Source: the human T2T-CHM13v2.0 reference genome, Homo sapiens
Length of the DNA stretch: 64,000 bases
Direction: 5' to 3' (one strand)
Assembly: GCF_009914755.1 (NCBI RefSeq)
Contig: NC_060942.1
Of the stretch, positions 1 through 13,760 are shown piece by piece. The position numbers and the translations under genes are program-made. The first letter of the stretch is position 1. The number at the start of each line of letters is the position of its first letter. A model generated the notes under the pieces. It saw nothing but the letters and a program-made list of their open reading frames with translations, made no database searches and was not told where the DNA came from.

Positions 1-299
1 GGAGTTTTAGAAACTTTCATCTGGAGACCAAAATGAATAAAGTAATTATTAATAGGTATGATAATACAGTCAGACTTTATTTTTGATAGTAATCATACTT
101 AACTGGGTCATCTTGAACAAATATGAATATGGCAGAGCAAGAACCAACCACATAATCCTACGGGGCAATGCAAAGTAAAAATGTGGGGCCCACTGTTCAA
201 AAATTGTTAAAAATTCCGAACGAATCATTAAATCAAACCATAGTCCTTTTGGGTGCAGGATCCTGGAAGCTCGCCCTGGACAAAGCAGACATACTGAGA

Positions 300-755
300 T
301 AGAAGTCACTGTTAAGACCCCCTCATACTCTCCACTTAATTTTTTACCTATTTGGGTGATCACACACATAATTTCATGATGTCTTATTACTAGTGAGATG
401 TTCACAGCAGTGCCAGTAAACTTAGAATCCATTGAGGAGCAACAATAGCTGTTAATAAGGAACTGCAAACCTTTCTACATGTTTTATAAATTAGATAATA
501 ATCACTTAATTATTGAGTTTAATGGCACTTTGGTTCTGATGATTTAAAACTGGTTTTAATGTTTAACCACCAAACTGTTGAACTTTTTCATGGTTCTGAT
601 TATTCCTCCACCTGAAATCAGTTAATCAATATGAAAATCAACTGTAATACCGGATGGCCAAGGGGCAGAGGTGCAATAATGGAAAGATGCTAAAGACATT
701 TACATATTGATATCTAATGGCTGCATACAGCAAAAACACTGTAACACCTCTACAA
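300..755 (-). pseudogene. Dynein fossil segment: end of stalk / start of AAA5
   Basis: RGVTVFLLYAAIRY (~752-711) vs recalled DNHD1 RCMTVFGDTLLCSAAIIY; VCDHPNR*KIKW (~370-330) vs PLLLDPSNEALIW. Confidence 0.55.
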
Positions 756-1258
756 ATAACTACTATATATTGTCTGCCTATGAACCAGACACCGTGATAA
801 GCATATTAATTCATTTAGTCCTCCTAACAATCCTATGAAGTAAATAAGGGAAAAAAGAGTATTCACGAAAGTAAAGAGTCACTTAAATAGACATTACAAA
901 AATTGCACTGGGAACTATACCAACTATACTCAAATAGGGTCATCAAGAAGAGGTCATTAAAGGGACTATTTACAAGTGTGGGCAGATTTGAGAGAAGCTA
1001 TTAAGGAAGAATGTAGCACCTGTGAGGCTAGCCACAGCAAGAGCCCCAAGAGGAGGAGAGGTTACTGTGACCTGCAAAAGCCTCCTACAGATGTGGCCTC
1101 CATTAGAGGAATGTGGCCAAATGCCAGTGACCTCATAGGGAGAGAGCTGGGAAAATAAATGCCCAGACCACATTCTCCTCCCTCCCTCAGATTTCCTATT
1201 GATGCTCCCCACTGATCAAAACCAACTAGAGGCCACAAAGGAGCTTAATTTTGTAATC

Positions 1259-1441
1259 TAGTGATTCTCAAAGGTTAGAATGCTTCTCAATCACTTGGCC
1301 AGTTTGTCGAAGCACAGATTCCTGGGTCCCACCCCCAGAGTTTATGATTCAAGAGGTCTGGGATGGGGCCTGAAAATGTGCACTTCCAGCAAGTCCCCAG
1401 GTGATACTGATTATCCAGGGGCCACATTTGGAAAACCACTG
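1259..1441. mobile_element. MER5A-type hAT-Charlie DNA transposon
   Basis: Termini agtgattctcaaa...tttggaaaaccactg; internal cccagag..tgattc..ggtctgggatggggcctg motif. Confidence 0.75.
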
Positions 1442-1499
1442 ATTTAATTTAAAACAGGTCAGCCTCTCTAGACAGAAAGCAGGGTAGATAAGGGAGGAG

Positions 1500-1970
1500 T
1501 GTGCAATTGGAAGACATCCAGCACAGGAACAACAGAAGTGACATGAAAACAACAGACTTGCTTATCATCCAAACCACTGCCTCTGATGATTGCCCTTTTG
1601 TTCTTCTTTCCTCCCTTTGTGAATTCTAAAAGGTTTATTTCTTTGCCTTGGTGCAAGCAAAGAGAAGCATTAAGTATTTTCAAGATACCTCCCAAATAGC
1701 CCCTTTTAACAACTCCAAACTTCAGACAATGTCTAGTCTAAACTGCCTCTCACCAACCAGAACGGATGCCAGCAAGGAAGGTTTGACACACACAGCAGGA
1801 AAGAGCCGTGACTTTTCCTTTTACTACTATGTTCAAGAGCCTAGGATGCTTCGGAAAGGAAAATCTAGAAAACTGACAGTTTTGATGCTAAATCTATGGC
1901 AGGTGCTTATGAGTGTCTTGACTATAAAAATTAGGTTGGTTGGATCATCAATCAGGACTTGTAGTAGCTG
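1500..1970 (-). pseudogene. Dynein fossil segment: stalk / microtubule-binding region
   Basis: VLIDDPTNL and CVSNLPC..FWLVRGSLD* resemble the dynein stalk motifs (L..D.NF; VS.AC.S.C.WVRA..Y); weak match. Confidence 0.35.
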
Positions 1971-2026
1971 AAATATAAGGTTGAACTGGATGGTCTCAGT
2001 TACAATGCAGTTTGCTATTACTAGTC

Positions 2027-2407
2027 TGTATTAATCCATTCTCACACTGCTATAAAGAACTACCTGCGACTGGGTAATTTATGAAGAAAAGAAATTTAAT
2101 CGACTCACGGTTCTGCAGGCTTAACAGGAAGCATGAATGGGAGGCCTCAGGAAACTTACAATCATGGTGGAAGGCAAAGGGGAAGCAAATATCTTCTTCA
2201 CGTGGCAGCAGGAGAGAGTGATAGAGCAAAGGGAAGTGCTACACACTTTTAAACAACCAGATCTCATGATAATCCACTATCACGAGAACAGCAAGTGGGG
2301 AACCCCCCTACCATGATCCAACCACCTCCCACCAGGTCCCTACCCCAACACCAAGGATTACAATTCAACATGAGATTTGGGTGGAGACACAGAGCCAAAC
2401 CATATCA
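2027..2407 (-). mobile_element. MSTA-type MaLR solo LTR
   Basis: tgtattaatccattctcacactgctataaagaac...gccaaaccatatca; TG...CA ends; 5-bp TSD tagtc/tggtc. Confidence 0.85.
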
Positions 2408-2879
2408 TGGTCCTTGTTGCATTTTCATTAAAGACTGAAAACAACTGAATCCTTCTCTTAGCAAGGCAGAAACCGAAAGTATAACTAAAAGCTAAAATGT
2501 TACCCTGCTCTGTGTAAACAGAGTAGAGCATGTCAGATTAATGAATGACCTACTTGCGAAAACGTGTAGACAAGGATTTTATCTGTGTTTGATAGTGGAA
2601 AGGTTATATCCACTTCCTGGCAGAGATCTCAGAATATCTAATTTATGTGACAAAAATGAAAAGTTCTCAAGAAATATACCAAGGCATGATTAGCCTATTT
2701 ATTCCCCCAGGGGTTTAACACTAGCTTTTAGTTGTCTGCTCAATATACATAGTATTTTTGTTTATTTATTTTGTAGGATTGTGTTAACTTAAGCTTTGAA
2801 AGGTGTGCACATTTTTTATTTCCTGCCTTATCTGGGAAAAAACCTGACGAGATGTCAGAAATAGATCAGGTTTAAATTA

Positions 2880-3181
<302 letters not shown>

Positions 3182-3468
3182 AAATTAGTATTTTAAATTA
3201 GAATCCTACTTGCTACATTACTAGGGAGAAGGAAGGTGATAGATGTTAACTTGTATATTCTCCATTTACTTACTGTTTACTATTTATAAGCAAATTTCTA
3301 AAGCAATAATCACCTTAGCATTTTAATTCCAAATACCAATCTAAGAATTAAACCAAATAATTATTCCACCCAGAATGTCATTAAGTTCTATTAGTCTTTT
3401 TAGTGTTCATAGTTTCATCTATGAAATTGGATTTAACACTGTGTTCTTTAAAAGTTGAATTATGATCT

Positions 3469-3835
<367 letters not shown>

Positions 3836-4464
3836 CTAAATTGGATTATTTGGCCAAATAACGGAAATTAAGTCAGTCCAAAGATGCACAATTACAAGCT
3901 GTTCTCCCCACATTTTCATTTGTGTATTCCTCCAAAAACTTTGGTCTAATTGCACAGAAACATTAAGACCCTAGTCATTGTTTCATGACTCCTAGGGATA
4001 TTGGGGTCTCCACAATGTGACAGAAGCCCAGAGAGAACTGAAGCTAAATGGATATTGTGAGACTGGTAATCAACAAAAATCACAGTGTCTGGGTTTCAGG
4101 GCCTAACTCTGGGCTGTTATCTTTTTCCCAGACGGCTGATCAAGTGGATGAGGTATGAAATGAAAGCAAAACTCCAAGCAACAATACTCACCAGTTGGTT
4201 CAATAGCAGTATCATTTTTAAAATAATATAAAATCAACAGTACTTGCCATAAAAATTTCAAACAGTAGAGAGGGCATAAAATTAAAAGTAAAAAAATACC
4301 TTTATCCCTCTTCAGCTTCTAATTGTATTGCCCAGAAGGTTTTTTTTTTTTTTTGTAGTCTTCCAGGCATTTTCTATGCAAATTCAAATAAGTAAACATA
4401 AAATATCCTTTGTTTATATACAACTGAGATCATACTCTATATATTAAATCTGTAATGTTTGTTT

Positions 4465-4750
<286 letters not shown>

Positions 4751-4806
4751 TAATCTGCAATTTTTTTTTTCATATACTGTATCTTGAAGATTTTTCTATA
4801 GTGGCA

Positions 4807-5692
<886 letters not shown>

Positions 5693-6559
5693 TACATATA
5701 GATGTACCTCACAGAATGTATTACCACATAAATTATGGTTACTATAATTTAATTAACCAGTCCCATATTGATGAACATTCAGTTTGTTTCTAGACTTTTC
5801 CTGTTAAAACAGTTGAGCTTTGTCACCTGGCTTCTATAATTTTGGAAGCCTGTTATCCCCATTGCTATCAGTAAGACTAGTTCTGTGAGAGTCTCTCTCT
5901 TACTGTCAGCTGTGGCCTATAGAGGATAGCCAACACTGAGTTTCTCAATGATTATGGTACTCCTTTCACCATCTCATTCCTTATCACTTTAGAAAGCAGG
6001 TTCTCCTCCAGGCTCTGAGTTTATGGCACTCTCCTAGAATATAGGATTTAGTCACCTGGCAAGAACTCCAAGAGACACTGCTACCATGCTGACAGGGTAA
6101 CTCTTAGAACCAAAAAAACAAAACAAAAACAAAATGGCCTACACTAAGTGAAGTGAAAATACCATCCGCTTGCCAAACTCATAAGCCATTAGAAGCAAGG
6201 TAGGCACAATTATCACAAGCAACAGCAGATCACTGTGAAAGTTCCCTGAACCACAGAAAGATACAGATTTTTTAATAGAGCATGGTACCCATGGTGCCAG
6301 ACAGATGGGAAGCCAATAAGGGTATTGCTCAATCTAACTGATCAAAAGAAATCAAAGATGGATGAAACAAGAGGTTGATGGTAACTACTGCCAACAAAAA
6401 AAATGAAATCCCTTGTTTGGTTTCAAGACCTGAGCCAATTCTCAGTCCCAGAACTCACCGACTAAATCAAAAGCCAGGGTCCCAAGGAGGAAGTACCTTA
6501 CAACATCATAGCAAGTATATACAGGAATATAGCTATTATTTCCCAAAGACTAGAAAAAA

Positions 6560-9305
6560 AGATATTCGTCAATATGGAACTGACTGACTAAACCACGGTA
6601 CATCCCAACACAGAATACTGTATAGCTGTAAAAAGAAATGAGGCATCTCTCTTTATACTTATATGAAGGGATCTCCAGAATGTATCATTAAATGAAGAAA
6701 ACAAGGTGCAAATCAGAGTATATGTTAACTTTTGTCAAAAAAAAGAAAGAAAAAAGAAAAGAAACTAAAATATACACATTTTCTTTTTATTTTCAAAGTG
6801 AATTAATGAGAAGCTAAACTAAAACCATGCAAATGATACTGTAGAGTGGGAAAGAAAATAGTGAAAGCACAGGCACGCAAACAAAATTTCGCATCAGAAA
6901 ACTAGATAGTCACCTCGAAGGGTTGTCACTTGGCAAAGGACAATTTGAGCATGAAAAATAATACTGATTCCAACTGATTAAAACACAACAAATATGTAAA
7001 TCCATGAATTCATAATTAAACTAATAAAAAAAAAACTTCATTTGTTACCATTAGAGGTTCTTAGGACACACAAACTTACTATTCCAAAAAATTCCATGAA
7101 TGAAGGGAATCAAGGATATATTCTGTTTTCATATGCAAACTATATTTCAGAGTAAACAGTCACTCTTATCAGAGAAAGTTCTTCCTTACAGAAGAACTAA
7201 TTCATCACCATTTTGGAACAATTAGTGAAATAATGGATATAAGTATTAATCATCAATAGCTGCTAAAACCCTAAGTAAAAGATTGATGGAAGTTTTTGGG
7301 TGGCCAGATTAGGTTAGCAGCACAAACAATAGGACAACTGTTCATTGTCTCCTGGTGTGATGTAATAGGAAGCACAAGGCACCATGTATGAAGTATACTG
7401 CCTCCCCCCAAAATTGAACCTGAGTATAAATAAGCCTTTATAATTTAGTATTAATTTTTAGGAAATACAGGATATAGAACAACAAGTTAAATGACACCAG
7501 GAGGTAAAATGAGCCAATCCAGAATGCAGAACATCATATGGATGAATGATCCAGTTTCTTCCAATACATCAGAAAATAAAAAGAGATAAAACTATAATCA
7601 GTTAAAAGAAATTTAAGATATATGACAACCCTATGAGATATGTAGATTTTGGATCCTTTATTTTTCTAGTGCTGCTGTAACAAATTATCGCAAATTTAGT
7701 GGCTTAAAACGACACTTTATTCTCTTCTAGGGGTCAGAAATCCAAAAAGGGGCCTCACAGGCTAAAATGCAGTCAGACCACCTTCCTTCTGGAGGCTCTA
7801 GGAGTTAATCCATTTTTTTGCCTTTTCCAGCTTGTGGAGGCTGTCCACATTCCTTGCCTTGTGCCCCCCTTGCAGCAAGGGCATCTCTCTGCCATCTGTT
7901 TCTGCTCTCATCTCCTTCTGTGATTCTGACCCTCCTACTTCTCTCACATGGAAACACTGTAAATACACTGAGCACATCCAGATAATCCAGGATAACCTTC
8001 CCATCTCAAGATCCTTAACATAATCACATCTGCAAAGTCCCCGTTGCCACATAAAGTAACATGGTAACATAGATTCCAGGGCATAAAATGTGGACATCTT
8101 CGTAGGGATGGGGTTATGGGGCAATATTCTGTCTACCATGGATTCTGATTCAAACAAACTAACTGTGAAAAGATTTTTTTCACATTGTTGGGGAAATTTT
8201 ACCATAGATTGGGTATCGTATTATATAAAGGAATTACTATTAATTTTTAGGTATGAGAATGACATTGTGGTTATGCTTTTTTAAAAAAAACCTTATCTGA
8301 TGAAATGCTTACTGAAGTATTTAGAGGTGAAATGATATGATCTCTGGGATTTGCTTTAAAATACTAAAAAAAAAAAAGAATATGGGGAACAGATTAAACA
8401 AGATATGCAAAATAAAAAATTGTTAAAGCTGAACTATGGTTTCATAGGGTTCAGAATACTTTTCTCTCTACTGCTGCGTGTACTTGAAAACGTCCACAAC
8501 AAAAGGTTTTTTAAAAATCAAAGATAATCTAATAAGGTTTAAAAGGGAAGGAAAGGAGAGAGTCCAATGCTTCAATGAACAGTTCTTATGCAAATATTGT
8601 TACATACCAGTGTGGATGTATGGTAGGATAAATTGTCAGATACAGAATTGCATTTAAAATGTTTGTAGTAATTGCTTTGCATGAATAATAAGGTTGAACA
8701 ACTAAGTAAACAAACGGAAGGTTGTGGGAGCCAGATTTCTCCCTGTGAGAGATTAAAGTTGCAAATAAACTAGAAGGGGAGGATAAAATAAACCCTGTGG
8801 TGCTGGATTAGAATTGAAGACATCAGTATGAACTCACGGTTAGTTTAATAGATAAATAGACAGGTAGACACTACTTATAGATATGTGTGTATACACCAGT
8901 TAATATACATACATACATTACCTAGCCCTGTTGACTCAGACATCCTGGAAGCAATCACACCCCAGCAGCAAAGCACAAACCCAGTACTCATATCTTGGCT
9001 TCTAAATACCATTTTCCAATAAAAGGAACCAGAGATTCTTGGGAAACTGGCTGATTCTAGGACTGGGGCCGGGAAAATAAAAATAAGCCTGAAACATCTT
9101 ACAATACCAGAAAGTAAGGAACTGCTCAAAAAATAAAATGATAGAAGCATGCCAAAGAGTCACAACAGCCAACCTGAAAGAACTAATGGCCAAAACTGGA
9201 AAAATCTGAGCAACAAAATAAATAACATAGCATTGGATTATAATCCCAAATTATAAAATAAATATACATGAATCCATAATGATATATATAGAAGATCAAA
9301 TAATA
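6560..9305 (+). mobile_element. Ancient L1M (L1ME/L1MC-like) 3' fragments with a nested MLT1 LTR (~7656-8138)
   Basis: Degenerate L1M 3'UTR motifs (gaaatgatatgatctctgggatttgctttaaaatac); MLT1 motifs gctgctgtaacaaattat...ttctgtctacca. Confidence 0.65.
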
Positions 9306-10140
9306 AGTAAGAAGAAGTACTAGCATTGGGTTAATGCTGGGATCTACTCTTGGTGAGGCTGATAACATTCAGGAAGTCAAGGTAAAAGATGGTTAAGTGT
9401 AATGGGACAGGTTACAGCCCAAAGAAACTCATAGATACACTGGGTCTATTCTAGGTTTAGGTTATATGGTGTTACATTTTGCTTTCAAAGATGAAGAGAT
9501 TGGACATCCTGAAAGTCTTTCAATACCTGCAATATTGGGCAGAGCTAAGATAGATAATGCTTTAAAAAAATTATTTACTAAACGTAGCTCTTAAGAATCT
9601 CTCTATAATCTGGTATTTCCATTATCCACATACTGGCTCAGCCACCAGTTTAGAAAAAGGAAGGTAACTTAGATAGTTTTCCAAGGGCATTTCATACACT
9701 TCTGTCCCCACGGAACCCTCTAACACCCCTGGGGATAGTTATCCTTACCTTTTCAGTATGAGTCCAGCAATAGACACTATCCTATAACAAATGAGGTTAT
9801 TAAGGCAAAGTGTCAGCTGCCCCACATGACAAAGTCAGAGTCTCATAGTCTCCTCTGAGGAGCTGAAAGATTCCTAAAATCTTTAAGATAAACTCTATAC
9901 AAGCATTTGAATGATTCATTCTCCTCAAAGGAACTTTACAAGGTTCAAGGCTCTTCCTGGAGACCCCAGGTGTGGCGGCGGCAGCAGCAGCAGGCAGCAG
10001 GCCACTGTCTTTCCCAACAGGCTAAAACTGATGTCAAAAGCAGTTGTAAAAATACCTACCATTGAACCAAAAATAACTATTAGAACCATGAATGATAAAG
10101 TGAGGCAAAAAGACTTTTCTTTAAGCTTAACTTTTAGGCA
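9305..10140 (-). pseudogene. Dynein fossil segment: end of AAA3 lid and spacer before AAA4
   Basis: PRVDPSINPMLVLLL (in ORF 9183-9368) vs recalled DNHD1 ..LDPS..PLLLPVLLL; FIIHGSNSYF vs LWLHEAQRTF. Confidence 0.45.
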
Positions 10141-10474
10141 CTTAAGTCTCAGTACTCTTCACCCAGATGTCTACATGGATCACTCATTTTCTTCTTTTAG
10201 GTCTTTGTACAAAGGTTATCTCATCAGCGAGGCCTTTCTTGATCATCCTATAGAAAACAGAATCTGCCTCAATTCTGGATTTCCTTTCTCTCTTATCCTG
10301 CTTTATTCTCCTCATCAGGCATGCTTTATATTTGTTTACATAATATCCATCCCCTCCAGTAATCTCCATTTTGGCCATGATTTTGACTATTTTGCTTCCC
10401 ATGGTCTCCCATTTTTCTTTAGAACATTTGCCTGGACAGTTAATAGTGGTCAATGAGTATGTGTTGATTGAACC

Positions 10475-11170
10475 TCAAACTGGAAATGACCCTAATGTCC
10501 ATTAACATGTGAATGGATAAGCAAAATGTGGGTACTTCTATACAATGGGATACTACTCAGCAATATAAAGGAAAGAACTATTGATATGTGCAACAATATA
10601 TGGATGAGTCTTAAAATCATTATGTGGAATTAAGGAACCAGGCACAAAATAGTAAATATTATATAATTCCATTTGTATAAAGCACAAATAAAATAGAGAT
10701 GAGGCTGAGATGGGAGGATCCCTTCAAGCCAGAAGTTTGAGACTAGCCTGGACAACATAGCAAGACCCTGTCTCTTCAAAAAAAAATTTTTAATTAGCCA
10801 GGCATGGTGGCATGTACCTGTGGTCCTAGCTACTCCAGAGGCTGAGGCAGGAGGATCATGTAAGCCCAGGAGTTTGAGATTACAGTGAGCTATGATCATG
10901 CCACTGCACTCCAGCCTGGATGACAGAGCAAGACTCTGTCTCTAAAATTAAAACAAAATAAAAATTTAAAAAGCAGATCAGTGGAAGTGAGGATAGAGTA
11001 TAGAAAAAGGGAGGAACTGCAAAGGAGCACAAGGAATCTTTGTGGGGTGATGGACATGTTCTGTATTCTGATTGTGGACAGGTGCATACAATTTGTCAGA
11101 ACTCATCAAATTGTACACTTTAAATACATGCAGTTTATTATGCATAAATTATTCCTCAACAAAGTTGAAA
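10475..11170 (+). mobile_element. L1M 3' fragment with nested AluJ (10697-10965)
   Basis: aaactggaaatgaccctaatgtcc...actcatcaaattgtacactttaaa; Alu dimer inside. Confidence 0.8.
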
Positions 11171-11199
11171 AAGAAAAAATATTTGTTAAATCAATTTAC

Positions 11200-13760
11200 C
11201 TAGTGTATTTGCAGCTTAACTAAAACGTTAGAAATTTTGGATACATTGTGTTTGCAAATTTGAACTTCAAAATGCTGGAAATATAGAGGGGTTTTTTTTC
11301 CCTTTCTCCATTTCAAGCAAGGGGTTTCAGAGTGCTATTTCCCATATATGCAGTGAAGAAAGCTTTCTTTAGCTGGCCCAAGGGGCTATGAAGTAGGAGT
11401 TTTGAAATCAGCTGACTCAAGCATAAATAAGTGACCTATGCTTAAGAATAACTGAAGAAAGGTGAGATTATGCTTGAGTGGAGGTTCCATATTATAATTA
11501 TGCTTTACAAATTCATTTCAGCCATTGATATCAAAATCTCTAAACACTCAAATGTCTTGATTAACACTTTCCTTGAGGCCAGGGTCATGTACCTCCTTGT
11601 AATTAAATCTCCTTAATATATTCACGTAATGCTGAGCTCCATCTTATTGTCCATATGAACTATAGCACCCAGTGTTACAGAGTATTGCCAGTGTAAAATA
11701 TGAATACCAAACTCTGGTTTAAGTTTTTCTGTAGAATTATCAATCTTAACATATAAAGTAAAATCCATTTTGAAATGGATTTCTAATTCCTACAGAATGT
11801 TTTTTGGACAACTGAAGAAATGTGTACTTGTTTTTAAAATGAAGCTGCAATATTGTAAAGGAACTCTGCAGCCACTCATAACAGCATAGTGTGTTTTATG
11901 AATAAGTTCACATTAGTTACATTTGGCAAACTGGACAAAGAAGCAATAATATACACTATGAACGTGTTACATTCCACTTTTAATCAACAAAGCTTTCAGT
12001 ACATTGTCATATTAAGAAAAACATTGCAATTAGAAAAAGAAGCTAGATTATTTACTGATTATTCACTATTTTCACATAAACCTTCTAACATTTATAATAA
12101 AAGATGAAATTGTTAAATCTCTTAGCCATGAAAACAATACGATAAAAACCTAAAATATGTACTATATTTTACTAAAGTATATTTTAGTATCGTAAATGAC
12201 AGGAAAAGGGGATTATGTACACAATTGAGACATCAATGACAATAATAAATTGCTTGAAACTTCATGTTGCATAGCTAGAAAAGAGATACTTTGATAAGTA
12301 ATATCAATTACTATCCTCTGCATTGAAGAGATGAAGTCTTTAAGTAATTCTGCTCCCCTTTTTCCGTTCTCAGCTATAGCATGCCCCATGATCTAAGATC
12401 CGACCCTCCTCATTCTCTAGAGAGTAACATAAAAGTGATTGTTTGGAAATAAAATGAGGGGTTGAAACTCTGTATTTCAGAAGACACAATCAGTTACCTG
12501 ACACCCAACACCAATCCTTGCTGTGTTAAGAATGTCAGTGTTTCTCATGCCTCACTCAGGAAGAGTTGCTTCAATACATCCCTCCACAGCTTTATTCAGT
12601 TTGGTCACACCTCAGGGAGTTTAATTTCATGCAAAGCTTTTAGACAGTGCTTTCCAGTGACAGGAGCAAATCTGGGTACCTTAAGGAGTTTAGGAAAAAT
12701 GAAAACAACTTGAACTATTAATGCTTGATCTGAACTTTGGCCTTGCCCCAGAGTTAGTCTTCAAGAAGTGAGAAGAAAGCAGAATGTTGGCAAGACTTGA
12801 GATATTAACTAAAAATGTAAACATCTTCTAAGATAACTGTTGTAGAAGAAAGAGGTAAACATAATGGAATAAAAGATGATCTTGTTGTATTTAGGGCTGA
12901 TATTATAGCCATAAAGGGAAATGGCAATAAAAAGTGGATGTCAGAGATTTGACTAAACTGAACTGATTTCATAAAAGGCTTAAGAATCAGCCTGACTGGG
13001 AAAAGAGAGGTAAAACACCTGCGTTACTAGTCCCCACATGAACAATGCATTTATTTTCAAACAAAGAGTAGATAATGCTCAAGCTTTGGAAGGGGAGATC
13101 TATTTTTCAGAGAAAGTATGGACACCTGAAAGAAACACAAGGGGCATTGTGTTTAGGAATGAAACATGTGATCTAAGCAAATGCCAGTTTATCCAAGTTT
13201 TGGCTGAGTTACTGCTTTGTCAAGAGAAGGGACATATTTTTGAAACAACTGTGATTAACTGAAGTTTAATGTGCCTTTTTGTAATTACCTATAATTTTAA
13301 AAGATTATATTGTAGCTTGTAAGCCTGGTTTAAGAATAAATCAGGTGATCTTTTTAAAAAACAAAACATCACATGTGTTTTATTGTTTAGAATTTACCTC
13401 CAAATACAGAGGAACTCTACATTTTGCTATTTACTAAGACAATTTTGTTTATTCAATTTGGCTTCTCTTTTGGCCTTTGGTTTCTGAACATGGTCATATC
13501 ACCACCGATTACTTAATATTTCTCAAAGTTTCTGTAATTATGCAAGTGACTGAAAAATCACTCTGCATAACTGGGATTTCAAATAAGATAAATTATCACA
13601 ATTTATAGGACCTTGTTGTTCCATGTTCTAATTCAAAGGATAGTGCCTGAGTAAATTTTTCTTATACATTCTAGAACTCACAGACATTAAAACTCTCTGG
13701 GTCACAAATGAGCTAAAAGAATAAATGCAGACTGTTAGAATTGCTTTTTGAGTTTCACGT
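11200..13760 (-). pseudogene. Dynein fossil segments: AAA2 and AAA3
   Basis: IFQSLA*LQKL*EILSNR (ILGSLEQLSQALSR); acceptor ttaaaattatag at 13289; ITCF and LVFLSG (ITCLL..LSLPSG); VLFSWLRDLTISS (LLFLLEDLHLATS); LFIKH..YEWLQ (LLERH..QAWLE). Confidence 0.6.

Noticed and set aside
70-468. 132-aa minus-strand ORF as an independent gene
   Set aside because: It crosses a small MER91-like repeat (~136-290) and has no coherent homology in that frame; any signal belongs to the dynein fossil in other frames.
9911-10456. 181-aa plus-strand ORF
   Set aside because: It runs into an L2 fragment, lies antisense to the fossil segment and has no recognisable domain.
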